A stretch of 64,000 nucleotides of DNA from Chrysomallon squamiferum (taxonomy: Eukaryota > Animalia > Mollusca), in assembly GCA_012295275.1 (NCBI GenBank), contig CM022666.1, positions 9,052,001 through 9,116,000 of the forward strand. Reading direction: 5' to 3'. Positions within the stretch are counted from its first letter, which is position 1; each line of letters starts with the position of its first letter. Below are positions 40,437 through 52,464 of the stretch, one piece after another. Under the pieces are notes generated by a model that was not told the origin of the DNA, searched no databases, and was given only the letters and a program-made list of their open reading frames with translations. Both the position numbers and the translations under genes were made by a program.

Positions 40437-42434
40437 TAATATTTATATTTATATTATTTGGCTTTCTGATTATATTTATTTCAGTATGCGGAAACAAATA
40501 ATACAAATATTGAGAATGTACTATTAACTTCACAGAAAAAATAGTAACAAAAAGAAAACTATTTACAGCTATTTTACAAACCGAAATAAAACCATGGAGG
40601 AAATTTTATATTTAACAAATCATTCCATTTAGTAAAGAAATGTGACCATGTTTTGTCCTCCTCAATTTTCAACATTGCAATCAAAAATATATCTCTCAAT
40701 ATTAATTATATAATGTATAGAAAACACTTTTTCATTATTTCCTATGTACATAACTGCATCTATGACATCACAGTGATATGACATCAGAGGTCACATGACC
40801 TATCTTAATATGATATTTATGAATGGTGTTGTAAGTATGAAAAACAAACATTTATAAATTCTGAAAGGCATCATGTGAAACTGAGATTTAGCCAGTTAGT
40901 GGGTTAGCTAAAGAACCAAAAAATATAACTGTAATTTAGAAATATATATCAGTTTAATAATAAAATATTAATACTAATTGGAATATTACTACTACTACTA
41001 CTATAACAACTTCTACTGCTGTAACAGCTATTATTATTAATATTAATAATAATAATAATATGAAGAGGAAAAAGAAGAATATTTCAGATGAAATGTGTTT
41101 AAAAAAAATAAATAACAGTAATTAGAAATAAATAATAATAAATTATATATATTAGCAATAAAATAATAAAAATAGAAAATTAATATATAAATTAATAAAA
41201 GAAATTAAGTAATAATAATTTGATGTGTCTGAATATTTCTAAAGTAACAAATTGTATTAATTTTATTTTAGGGGTTTTCTTTATTTTACTACTATTATTA
41301 TTATTATTATTATATACTATTATTATTATTATTAGGTATTTATTTATTTATTTAATTATTTATTATTTTTATTTTCAAAAATAAACTTAGACAAGTTTTT
41401 ATTTCCTGATAACATTAAATTGTTATTTAATTAATCAAACACCAGACTAAAACTTGGTCACTAATTAAGAAATCTGTTGGTCATAACTAAGCTTAAATGT
41501 CAATTATATTAAACTGTTCCAGCTGACTGGTTTTTTTTTTTCATTTTTACCCACATTACAAATTGTTAATAACAAAGTGTGATAATAAAATATATATCTG
41601 TATATTTGTAATTTCAAATTACACCAACAACAGTAACAACTACAATAATAATAAATGTTAGACTGAGACAGATGATATAAACAGTTTTGCTTCTTTCTTT
41701 ATTATGCATGAGCATATCATTGCGAACTTCACGCAACAAAAGTCTGTCTTGATCTTTTAATATTCTACAAATGACATTTTGAAAAACACTGGCCTCATAT
41801 CTTAAGGTTCCTTATTTTGAGGTAATTTCAAATATAAATGTCTTTTAAAGTTACTTTACATGATATAAACATTTATTTACAATAATTTTAGAGGTAATTT
41901 TGCAGTTTAGTTTCAATAAATATTGTATGATGATTTATTGTTCTGTTGCCGATACAAATATAAAACAGTTATATACAACACTTAACCTTTTTGTATTTCC
42001 ATTAACAACAAATTGCAAGTTTTCTGAACCTCTATTGATATGAGTAAAACCTTCATTAACAAGGTGTAAAAAATGCAGTAGGAACAATTTTTTTTTTTTT
42101 AAATTATGATTCTAAACCTCAACTTACTATCTGATGTTCTCCGAATTTCACCGTCACTTTCGGTTTCACTTACACCATCATGAAATTTTACTCCTTTTTC
42201 TGCTTCTTTGCTTTTAACCGCATCACCACCAGCACCAATATCAACTTCAACATTGTCAGTCTGTGATATTCTACTGTTTCGTCTGCTGCTTCGTCTGCTG
42301 CTTTGTCTGCTACTAGTCTGTGAACCTTTTTGTCTGCTGCTATGTTTGCTTCCCTTTGAACTTCTTGATCCAGCTGAATCAGATCTGTTTGATTCGTGTA
42401 TAGAACTGGGTGGAGATGGAATAGTTTCATCCAT
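30031..42434 (-). CDS. ERICH6: Glutamate-rich protein 6-like (FAM194 family), ~725 aa, 15 coding exons
   Basis: Exons 42434-42128, 40004-39881, 39600-39461, 39020-38890, 38409-38332, 37674-37352, 36773-36706, 35805-35716, 35038-35003, 33226-33078, 32761-32676, 32233-32081, 31515-31287, 30890-30811, 30214-30031. All phases are compatible, total 2178 nt. Motifs: IDTQTDW, LPSIGPPQIL, CEFCG...LYCC, KTINYQLS, and the FAM194-type C-terminal region [29 protein letters not shown]...FEPNGYGSCFH.NG..R...GG...GARRKSWTW...FQPICFGLNHYIGVRIMSQDNITV. Confidence 0.85.
30218..30310. repeat. Compound tetranucleotide microsatellite (AAAT)(AAGT)n(AAAC)n(AAAT)
   Basis: Visible run abutting the acceptor of the last ERICH6-like exon. 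Confidence 0.9.
32234..32675 (-). other. U12-type (minor spliceosome) GT-AG intron in the ERICH6-like gene
   Basis: The 5' splice site is GTATCCTTTT. A TTTTCTTAAC branch sequence lies ~12 nt from the terminal CAG. Splicing restores the conserved [11 protein letters not shown] frame. Confidence 0.85.
37922..38006. repeat. (GA)n microsatellite
   Basis: Pure GA run. Confidence 0.95.
40105..40235. repeat. Tandem duplication, 2 x 66 bp
   Basis: CATTGTAT(C/G)AGCTTTCCATTAATTTGCA.TGATTATGAAATCATTCCATAA starts at 40107 and 40173. Confidence 0.85.
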
Positions 42435-42935
42435 TTTTGCTAGTATTAGGGGGTTTTTGGTTGATTTTCTTTTTTCTTTTTTTTAAATGCGATAGTCGTT
42501 CATCATGGTATTGCTTTTATAATTCAAGCTGAAATTAATAAGAAATAAAGATTATAAGATTTCTTTTTTTTTTTCTTTTTTTTTCCCCTAGTAGTAATGA
42601 AACAATAATAATCCTTTCAGAGGTTATCTATTATTTGTAGCTGTTATTTATTTTATTTTATTTAGCTAACATTATAATTATTTAATGATAACTGTGGAAC
42701 GTCGTATTTTTATGAAATAATAGTCTTTTGACACACATATAAAAAGGACACCCAAGTTTCTTTCAGACACTGGCTGAACCAGTGCTTGACACCTATGACA
42801 CTAATCGTAATCGTAATGTAGGCCATCTCCAGTAAAATAATATTTTTCAGGTTTAGTTATTATCGAAGATACTCATATTATCATATTAATTCACAATCAT
42901 TCCCTCAAAATAATAGAAATCTCTAAGTGTCTTAC

Positions 42936-43230
42936 TTCGTACAAAATATTCTTGTTTTATAAACAACGGATATCGTCTGCCACCATTTATATTTTTGTTG
43001 ATTAGTGACCGTCATGTGATCGAGGCAACCGATTCGATTGGTTTATAGCATTCGGAAACGAAAACGTTTCTACGCTGTAAAAAAGAGAAAGGCTATTAAA
43101 ATATGTCTTTAATATTTCAAAATAAGATCGATAGCACTCACAGAAGTTAAACGATAGTTTACTTAAATAGTTCAATCTGTTTATCATGTTGTGGAGAAAC
43201 GCGTTGAAACCGGAAATGAATTCGTTGTTG
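42936..43230 (-). promoter_or_regulatory. Probable promoter and first non-coding exon of the ERICH6-like gene
   Basis: Minus-strand GTAAGA donor at 42935. The region is CpG-rich and has TCATGTGA, an X-box-like GTGATCGAGGCAAC (43016-43029), ATTGG (CCAAT) at ~43037 and CCGGAA at ~43210. Confidence 0.45.
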
Positions 43231-45210
43231 GACAACAATAAAATAACGAATAACTCTCTCTCTCTCTCTAAATGTGTGTGTGTGTGTGTGTTAGATGGCT
43301 AATCTGTAAAATAAATTATGTAAATTCCTTTGAGAATTATTTTATTATATGTTTTATTATTAGTTTAATAGTCACTGACGTATTAAAACAATAAAATTAA
43401 ATTAAAAAAAAAAAATTAATTAATCTAAATGGATCACGATTTTAATTTCAGGAATGTTGTTACACCATAAGCAATATTTAATTTAAACAATAATAAAATA
43501 ATGAAAAAGTTTAAAGTAATTCATTTAAAATTTTACGATCGGTTAATTTACTCCTCTCGTTATTTCTTTCTTTTTGTGAAATAGAGAAATAATAGCCATT
43601 GATTCCTATTCTATAAACGTGGCTACGCTGTCGTGTTGAGGTTTTTGGTTTGGTTTGTTCTGATTTTACTACTGCAAAATCTTTATTACGCTTTGTATTA
43701 ATTAAATACGGTTTAAGAACCACGCCGGGGTTTCAGTGTTGTATACGTTAAGATTTCTATATTAGGGATTACTTATTATTAAAACACTTTGATTTGAAAC
43801 CCCGGCTTTGTTGTTTGTTCCTAGAATATAGATGATTATGAGTAACTTGTATAGTGACTGGTGAGTTACGTACGTGTGTATATATTATCATAACCATTAT
43901 CTGCCCCTACCCCCTTACATTTCTTAAAGAATATGTACTATTTAAACAACAAACAATAACGAAAGAAAATTAATAACATAATCTAACTGTAGTATCGACG
44001 TTACGTTCAAACCGATGATGATAATTTTCTTCATAATAATAATGTACTTCACGATCACAAAGTACTTCATATTTATAATGTACTTGATAATCAGTGATGG
44101 AAATGGGTTTTAGCGGGCCTGATGAGTGTTTTAGACGTTAAAGGGTTCTCAGTGAGAAATTTTTGTTGTAATCTGAAAATGGAGTTTAAATATATTATAG
44201 AGAACAGATAACAGAATTATCTACTGCCTACCCTAATTCAGGCCTACTGTAACAATTTCTAATTCAAAAAGGTCGTGTAAAAACGAATCTAAATACTAGC
44301 TACAGTGAGTCGAATTTACAATGTATAAATGTATGTCTCATCTAAGCTATTCTATACAATCTGTATGTTTTGCAAAACATACCAGTTTACAAGACTATTC
44401 TCACCTTCTTGCTAGCGTGTTTCCGTGTAAAGATTTTAAATCGGTAACCAAAGGTTGTGTTTTTAATATACTTCTTGTTTATGACAAATCAATAAATTAT
44501 TTAAGTATAATTTTATAAAATTTTCAAAAAATAACCTAGTTCATTTTAATTCCTGGAAACTTGACAAAGGATAGTCTCTAAGTCCAAATAAGTACAGAAA
44601 TTGGATATAAATGTTAAACAGAAAATCGGCAGTCTCTGAACAAAACTGGATGAAACGTTATTTAATTAATGAGTCCAGGGACCATGGTACTTAACTTTTC
44701 TCCACATGTGACTGTCTGAGTGTGTGTATGGGGGTTTGTGCATGCCTTAGCTTCATGTCTCTCGACGTCGGTTTTCATAACAACTCTTTTGACATCCACG
44801 ACTTCTACAATATCATCCAACAAGGATCGAGTAGGTGCTGTTTTTTGTCGATGTTAGAGTCTCTCGAATGTAAACATTACCTACAAGTAGTTGTAACAGT
44901 TGTAGGAGCAGCAGTAGCTAGAGTAGTAGTAGTAGTAGTAGCTGCAGCAGTAGTAATAGCAGTAATTGTAGCTATTAATCTTAGTGTTAGCAACAGTAAC
45001 AGCAGCGGTAGTCTTAGTGGTTGTAGCAGTAGTAGCAGGAACTGTACGTTAGCTCTTCTGAATTACAGATGTAAGAACGAACCCGAATCTGCCTGTATAA
45101 TAATGTTACCCGAAATTCTGAATTCCATAAATATCCAATCGAAATCGGAAACTTTTTCCAAGAGCAAATATAATGATATCTTATAGTTTTCGAACCTTTA
45201 TTTTATGCAC

Positions 45211-45250
<40 letters not shown>

Positions 45251-45811
45251 TCCTCGCTATCAATATAAATCTTATATAACATAAAAAAAGCAATTCATAC
45301 TTATATTGTACTCTGAGGCGACCTCCTTATAATTATACCAAAACGATAAAAAATCTAAAATGAGAAAAATCTCCTACAACTAACAATTCGTATAAGGGAT
45401 ATCAACCTGTATTATGTTTTCTTGTTACAAGGAAACCGTTGTGTTATTAATAATATTATAAGGGAATATATTACAGTTATGCAATGACAACCAAACCATG
45501 ACGTAATAAGTACATAATTATAACGTAATCTAGCTAACGTAATCAACATACTATGAAACATCACAAAACAATGCATAACTGGAAATATACCTTCTCTACT
45601 CGGTATGTAAACAATAGCGTTCCAGATTCTACGATCAGAGTCCGTTGTGCATCAAGGTCACATTACCGGTGAATCCACCTTCTTTCGCGCTTCTACACAG
45701 ACGAGCAACACTTCTGCAATGACCTAGTGATTCTTCTTGATGGTGCCATGCTGAAAACCCCTATATTGGCACCAGTGTCTAAGAAAAGGAGATATTTGTG
45801 TTCGTTTAAGT

Positions 45812-46661
45812 CAGTGGTTCTCAACCTTTTTTTTGCCAACAGCACACCTTGGAACATATGAAAAAATAGCGGCACACCTGGCTAAATATATATGAAAAAT
45901 ATTTGAATTTTGCAAAATAAAAACATGGCATGTCATAAAAAGCATACAACTGTAACTCAAGTTTAATGAAGAATGATTTATGAAAGGATCTCTAATCCAG
46001 TCATACTTTTCTGTCTTTAATAACGGAAAGTAATTGTTGATGCTTTCGTCCAGGGCTGTCAGATGATTAAACACAATAGGGATCATTTCTCTAATGCAGG
46101 TAGAATGCAATAAAGGGAAGATATCAAGATTGCGAGTGATTGCTCTTTTTTGACGAATCACAATTTTCTTTTTGAGGGCAATTAATTCGTCTGTTGAAGT
46201 GAGAATATTTTCGTTTTTACCTTGCATACTACTGTTTGTTTCATTTAGTTCACTAAATATTTCTGTTAGGTATTTCATTTTAGACATCCAAAATTTGCAA
46301 CTAAGGTATACACAGAATTTCTCCTGCTTTTCCTGACGAAAAAAATGATAGTAATTCCTTGAGCGGGAATGAAAACGATTTAGTACTTTGCCTTTCGACA
46401 GCAGCGAATAACTTAACATGCTGAGAGTCATCTTTGCACAGTTATCCAAATAATCGTGACTTCAATATCCTAATTTTTATATAATTGACCATTCCAATAA
46501 CTTGATGTAACACAACCTTTAAATCTTCCCAAGATATCTTTGACACAAGAACTTCTCTATGTAGAAAGCAATGAATATGAATGAGATTTGGATTTTCTTT
46601 TTCTACAAAATTTTGCGGTACGCTTAGAAAGATCTCACGGCACACTGGTTGAGAATCACTG
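45812..46661 (-). mobile_element. Internally deleted hAT (Buster/Charlie, ZBED5/ZBED8/SCAND3-like) DNA transposon
   Basis: 15-bp terminal inverted repeats CAGTGGTTCTCAACC (45812) and GGTTGAGAATCACTG (ends 46661), one mismatch. Flanking 8-mers are GTTTAAGT and GTTTAAGC (7/8 match, central TA). Minus-strand ORF fragments carry hAT motifs HIHCFLHREVL, VNYIK.R.LKSRLF, LSKGKVL, YLTEIF..LN..N.SMQG and YDWIRDPF, with frameshifts. Confidence 0.92.
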
Positions 46662-48831
46662 GTTTAAGCAGTGGAAGATCGGCTTCTCCAAATGTTTCAC
46701 GGAAAATCCCCATCGGCTGCTAACATGTCGCGAAATGACGAAGATGAATGTCACCATCCCCGCTTTTCAAAGTGGCCTTCTGGAAATGTTCTTTCGATGA
46801 ACACAATTCGTCATCGACTCTCCAAGACGTGGAATTTCTGAAAATGGCAATTGTTGATGTCTTTCATCTGCGGATCCACTGAAATTACAAACGGTGATTG
46901 TTCTGTTGCTTTACATTTTAAACAATTATCAGCCGATGTAACTATATCGCTGTGTTTATCACTAAGAATATATACATCCTGATAAACAGAAGGCATGTAT
47001 AAAATCAAATACATTTTTTATAATTATTATATGGTTACTTTTCTCATTTCGGCAGACTAAAAGTATGCGTGGAGATTGGACACGTCCTTATTGTGAAATA
47101 CATTTTGCCTTCAGTTTAAATAATTACTAATATGGAAATGTGTATTCGTTATAAATTATCATGATTATGATGATGATGATTACTATTATTATTATTACAT
47201 CTATTTATATATTTATTTATGTTTTTATTTATCTCTCTATATATATATTAATCCACACTAGTGTTATCGTTATAGAATTCTCAGATTCTGTCACATAAAG
47301 AAATAATCAGAACTGTGACAAACTGAGTAATTTCTGCTGCTGAGTTTTGTTTTAACTTGTGTCTCATATCAATTTTATGGTTCAACAAAGGCAGTGGAAT
47401 GTACTGACCTGTCAATAGGATATTGCATATAAAACATTCTAGCTCTTGTATTTTCAAGTGATTGTATATGTTGTGTGTATGAGAAATATATTTGTATACC
47501 TGTGTTGTGAGTATATGAGAAATGCATGTATCTGTTTGCTTCTATGTGAATGACATGAATGTGAGGAATGTGTGTCTGCCGATTGTTCATGTATTTGTAT
47601 GTAAGGGGAATGTATGTGCATGTATTAACATCAGCACTTCTGGGTACTCCTAAACACAGGGAAGCTGTCACATTCAAACAGCAATTTCAAAAATATCCTT
47701 GCCTTTGAATTTAAAGATACATAAAGAAACAATAGTGCTAGAGTCAAGTGAACAGTAACTATCAGTTTAACACTTAGGCAAAATGAAAACTTCCTGACAA
47801 TAAAAATGAAGAATGGTTGATGAGGTATATTTCATATTCGTTTAAGTTGGATCTTCCCATTTCTATGTTACAAAATCATAACATGAAAACAAAATCATAA
47901 CATACATCTTTGGGTTTTTCCTGACAAGAAGCATGGACAAGTATGTGTTCAATGAAGACTGGCCCTTTCATTTCATTACATTATACACTAAAAATTAATA
48001 ATAATAATAATAATTAATATTACATAATTACATTATTTTATAATTATGGAAAAGTGTGGCTGTTTGTATAATTTCACAACATAATAATAATGTTACTGTT
48101 GTCTTATCACACAGTATTTTAAATGTAATACATTAAATATAAATAAATTAATATTTTTTAAACAAATTTCCACATGATAGTATTCAATTTTGAAATGATA
48201 TAAAATTAAATCTTTTAAAAATTTTATGTGTAAAATATTGTAACAATAAAAAGAAATCTGTGAGTTTGTGTATTTTATAACAGCTTTAACTTTATTGTGA
48301 TAGTTTCTTATGAGTAATGAGAGGTCATCCAAAAGAAGCCTGCAATAAATAACATGCAAATGTGATGAATCTTATTACACCAAGGTACTCAAACTGTTTA
48401 TTCATATGACCATGGGAAACTATGGTTACGTTTTATAATTTCCAGTAAAATACGAAATATACTGAAAAACTGAACTTCCTCAGGGTTTTCTACACTGGAA
48501 AACAGAGAACCAGCTATTAGTGGATAGTTACAGTGATATATACACATTCACACACACACTTCCATACAATTCATATACGTACATAATAAGTACAGACATA
48601 CAAATAAAAACAATTTCAGGGATAAATATCATATACACACAAAACAGACTAAAATATAAACAAAAATATTTTTATTTCTTCTTTTTAACTTCACTAATAA
48701 AACAATATATAAATAAAAACTACTGGCTTTATTATAACAATTTTTAACTATGGTAATCCAGATTTCACCTAAATGCTATTGTACTAGTTTATCTCTTATA
48801 AGAGAAATTTCATTAAAAAAAAAGATTATTA

Positions 48832-50181
48832 TTATTTATCATTAACTATGGAATGCCAGACACCACCCGGATGACACAGAACTGGTTTTGGTTTCATGGA
48901 GAACACTGTACAAATATTTGTTTTTTTCTGTCGAATGCTTGGAAACAGCTGTTCCATGTGTCTGACATCAACGTGAGCAGCGCCACGCTCTAGTTCACAC
49001 AGATGGACAAATGGGTCTGAACTCACAGAATTTGATTTCTCGACCTCATGACGTCTCAGAATAAATCTCTCCTTCTCAGTCTGATGTGACTTTTTGTCCC
49101 TCGTAGATAAACTTTTCTTCTTTTTGCACACCACAGTCTTTGTTTTCTGTGAAGTGTTTTTAGGTAGCTTAGAATCATGTTTTGTCTTACCAGACATTTT
49201 GTTTTTCTCATCAACACTTGTCTCTTTTGAAGAATGAGTTTTAATTTTTTTAGATTCAGTCACTCTCTGTTCAAAACTGTTATGTTTCCTCCTACCTCTA
49301 TCATTAGTTTTAGTCTGTGTTATAAAACTTTTGTTTTCACATTTCTCTCTCTTACCACAGTTACTTCTAGTTCCTTGTAAATGTCGGCCATGTTTAGACA
49401 CTTCTCTGTTACTATGGTTACTTCTAGCAGCTTGTAAATGTTGGCCATGTTTAGATGTTTCTCTGTTACCATGGTTATTTCTAGTTCCTTTTAGATATCG
49501 CCCATGTTTAGATGTTTCTCTGTTACCATGGTAACTTTTAGTCATATACAAATGTTGGCATTGTTTAGATATTCTCCTGTCGCTCCAGTCAAGTTTTCTC
49601 TTCCCTTGTCTATTGGTTTTTACCTCTCTGAAATTTAATCATTACTAAATTTTGGTTTAATTATTTTAGAAGAAATACTCCATTACCTTCAGCAAAGAAA
49701 AAACCCATCTTTTGGCTGTTGTAATACAATCTTTACAATTTTCTGAAACCCTTTCTAAAAGAAGTCATGTAATAGTAATTATAACTTAACAGTACATCTC
49801 TGTACATCTAAGTACATGTATCTCCCATGTCTTTAAAGCATGCACTGATGGAAATATAAATTAAATAAATATTCTATGTAAATTAAATGATGAAATGAAA
49901 ATATATTAATATAAACAATGCAAGTTTATTAGTATAGGCTGCATCAATGAAATCATATTATTAATTAAACAAAATATATATATATACACTATATGTAAAT
50001 TAAAGAATTTCAAATGCCAAGATCTAATTTTATCCAGCCTAAAAGTTATTCTATATCTATATCAGTATATGATGGAATTTTGAGAAAAACAAAAGAATCC
50101 AGAACAAACAATAAGGATTTCTAACTGTTAAACCATTTTCTATTATTTACACTGCATTGCATCCAAATAATATAAATAAAA

Positions 50182-50229
<48 letters not shown>

Positions 50230-52464
50230 AATAATAATTTACTTTATACTGTATTTTTTTCTACTTAAGTTGATTTTAAATGTATATGTTAGTTTGTCTT
50301 GGGGATTTTTCTTATCATTTCAAACAGATTATAAAGTAAGCAAGAAACTGGAACAATAACCATAATATAATTTTTATCAGAAATTACAGTGCATGTTATC
50401 TTTACACAAATGAAAAAGAGAGAATTTGGAAGTAAAAAATATTTAATTTATATAGTGCCATACATATATATAGCAAATAATAGAAAATTAGTTTTACTTA
50501 TTTTTGTTTTTGTTTTTGTGGGAGGGATCTTCATGTTTTTTTGTTTGTTTATTGATTTACTTTTATTTAAAAGATACAAACCTGTGTTTGCTAAACTCTG
50601 AGTTTTGAGTAAAATTCTGCTCATTTTCTGAGTTTGTTGCTGTTAACATTTCTGTTGCAGATGCTGGTTTTATCTTATGTTTACACACATCTGAAAAATA
50701 AAAAAAATTAAAGTCCTGTCATTAAAAATAATAAAATGAAAAGATACAGAAAAATCTTATGTGAGTGTGTGTGTGTGTGTACAATTAAAGAAAATCTAAG
50801 TTTCTATAACAAAAATTAAATAATAATAATAATAATAATAATAATACCAATTTAACAACAGTTATAACAAGAACAATATTAAAAACTTAGTTTGTTGTGT
50901 TACAGTTAATTAATATCTAAGTTTCTATAACAAAAATTAAATAATATTAATAATAATAATAATAACACCAATTTAACAACAGTTATAACAAGAATAATAT
51001 TAAAAACTTAGTTTGTTGTGTTACAATTAATTAAAATCTAAGTTTCTATAACAAAAATTAAATAATAATAATAATAATAATAATAACACCAATTTAACAA
51101 CAGTTACAACAAGAACAATATTAAAAACTTAGTTTGTTGTGTTACAATTAATTAGTGTTTATATACAATTTGCAGTTTTATGTTTTACCTAGTAATTTAA
51201 CTTCACACATCTGTTTGTGCTGTTTTAAACTTGGTTTTCCATCCTGCAAATGACAGTCCACACAGTGTGATGTTTTAGCACTCTGTTGTTTTACACAGTT
51301 ACTCTGTGTGTAACTTTCATCTGTTAATTCTTGTGTTGTTGATTCTGTTACTGCTTTGTCAGACACACAGACAACTTTATCACACAGAATATCTTCACAT
51401 TCAACAGAAAAATCTTTATCGCTATGTTTTTTAATGGGTAAAATCTTGTTTTGAAAAGGACATTTATTTGAAACGTCTTTAAAAACTGGCAGAACATTTT
51501 TTGCTGTACTTGTATTAGTTAATATTTCTAGACAAGACTTTGCATGGTGAAGTGAATTTCTATTGTAAGGTTTTGATGACATTATTTGTTTTTCTGTACA
51601 AGAATCTGCTGTTTGCAATGAATTTGTATTGAACGATTCTGATACTTCACACAATTTTTGTTTTTTAACACATGAATCAGCTGTTTGGAAAGATTTTCTC
51701 TTGCAAGATTTTGATAGATTTCCACAAACACGTCCAGGCTTTCTTTTAAAAAATTTCAGTTGTAGAGGTTTGTTGCAGTTTGTCTCACTCTGCTTACATA
51801 TCATATCAAAATTATCAGTGATATTTTTGTTGACATTTTCAGCCAAACTGTTGTAAAGATTGTCAAAAATAGAAGAAACAAAGAACTCAATAATCTGACT
51901 TGTTGTGGGAAACTTTTCGAGGTCTTTAAAAACAGCATCGCTTTTTATAGCTATTTCACACAAATCTCCTCCCTTTGACAGATCTAAAATGTTGGAAACT
52001 TTCTGAGAATAACTGGCTTTGTTTTTCTTGGAGGCTGTCCAAGTTTTCTGCAAATTGCCAACAAAATTAGATGAATTAACAACAACACTAGAATGAGGTT
52101 GAGTCACACAATCTTCTGAACAAACAGTGGGTAATCCAGACTGATTAGATACAGCAGAATCTACAGTTTTTGCTTTTTCCTGACCAGTTTCTGATTTTGC
52201 TTTTGATAGCACACAGCTGATATTTGAAATTTTATTTTTTAAAGAATAATCTTCTGATGAATTAAACTGATCTCTTTGATAGCTTACACTTTCACAAGAA
52301 CTTTTCCTCTTGTAAAGAGGTTTCACTTTTTTTGTTTGTGGGTCTTTTGAGATGAGATACAGATGATCAAAATAAGCTTGCAGAAACTTATTCTGAAGAT
52401 TTTCCTGTGAAGATTCTTCATCTTTTTCATCATCATCCTCACACCCACTGGACTGGGATGTCAT
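48832..52464 (-). CDS. Uncharacterised ~726-aa Ser/Lys/Cys-rich protein (3 coding exons, possible extra upstream exon)
   Basis: Exons 52464-51189, 50690-50582 and 49627-48832 are GT-AG and phase-compatible (1 then 2), total 2181 nt. Two long ORFs in AT-rich DNA support coding status. An acceptor at 52481-52483 is in frame upstream of the ATG. I recognise no family. Confidence 0.7.
49340..49590 (-). repeat. 57-bp (19-aa) coding tandem repeat
   Basis: HGNRETSKHGRYLKGTRNN / HGNRETSKHGQHLQAARSN / HSNREVSKHGRHLQGTRSN, plus degenerate flanking units. Units start at 49530, 49473 and 49416. Confidence 0.88.
50790..51153. repeat. Tandem repeat, 3 x ~121 bp (intronic)
   Basis: ATCTAAGTTTCTATAACAAAAATTAAA...GTTTGTTGTGTTAC starts at 50794, 50915 and 51036. 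Confidence 0.9.

Noticed and set aside
44119-44160. CTGATGAG as a hammerhead ribozyme core
   Set aside because: No correctly placed GAAA after a stem II, and no evident stems I or III.
49688-49754. Extra exon in the orphan gene (ERVSENCKDCITTAKRWVFSLLK)
   Set aside because: Its phases (1 in, 0 out) are incompatible with the flanking exons, which join directly in phase 2.
50790-51153. CRISPR-like array
   Set aside because: Plain head-to-tail 121-bp tandem repeat with no unique spacers, in a eukaryotic intron with no cas genes.
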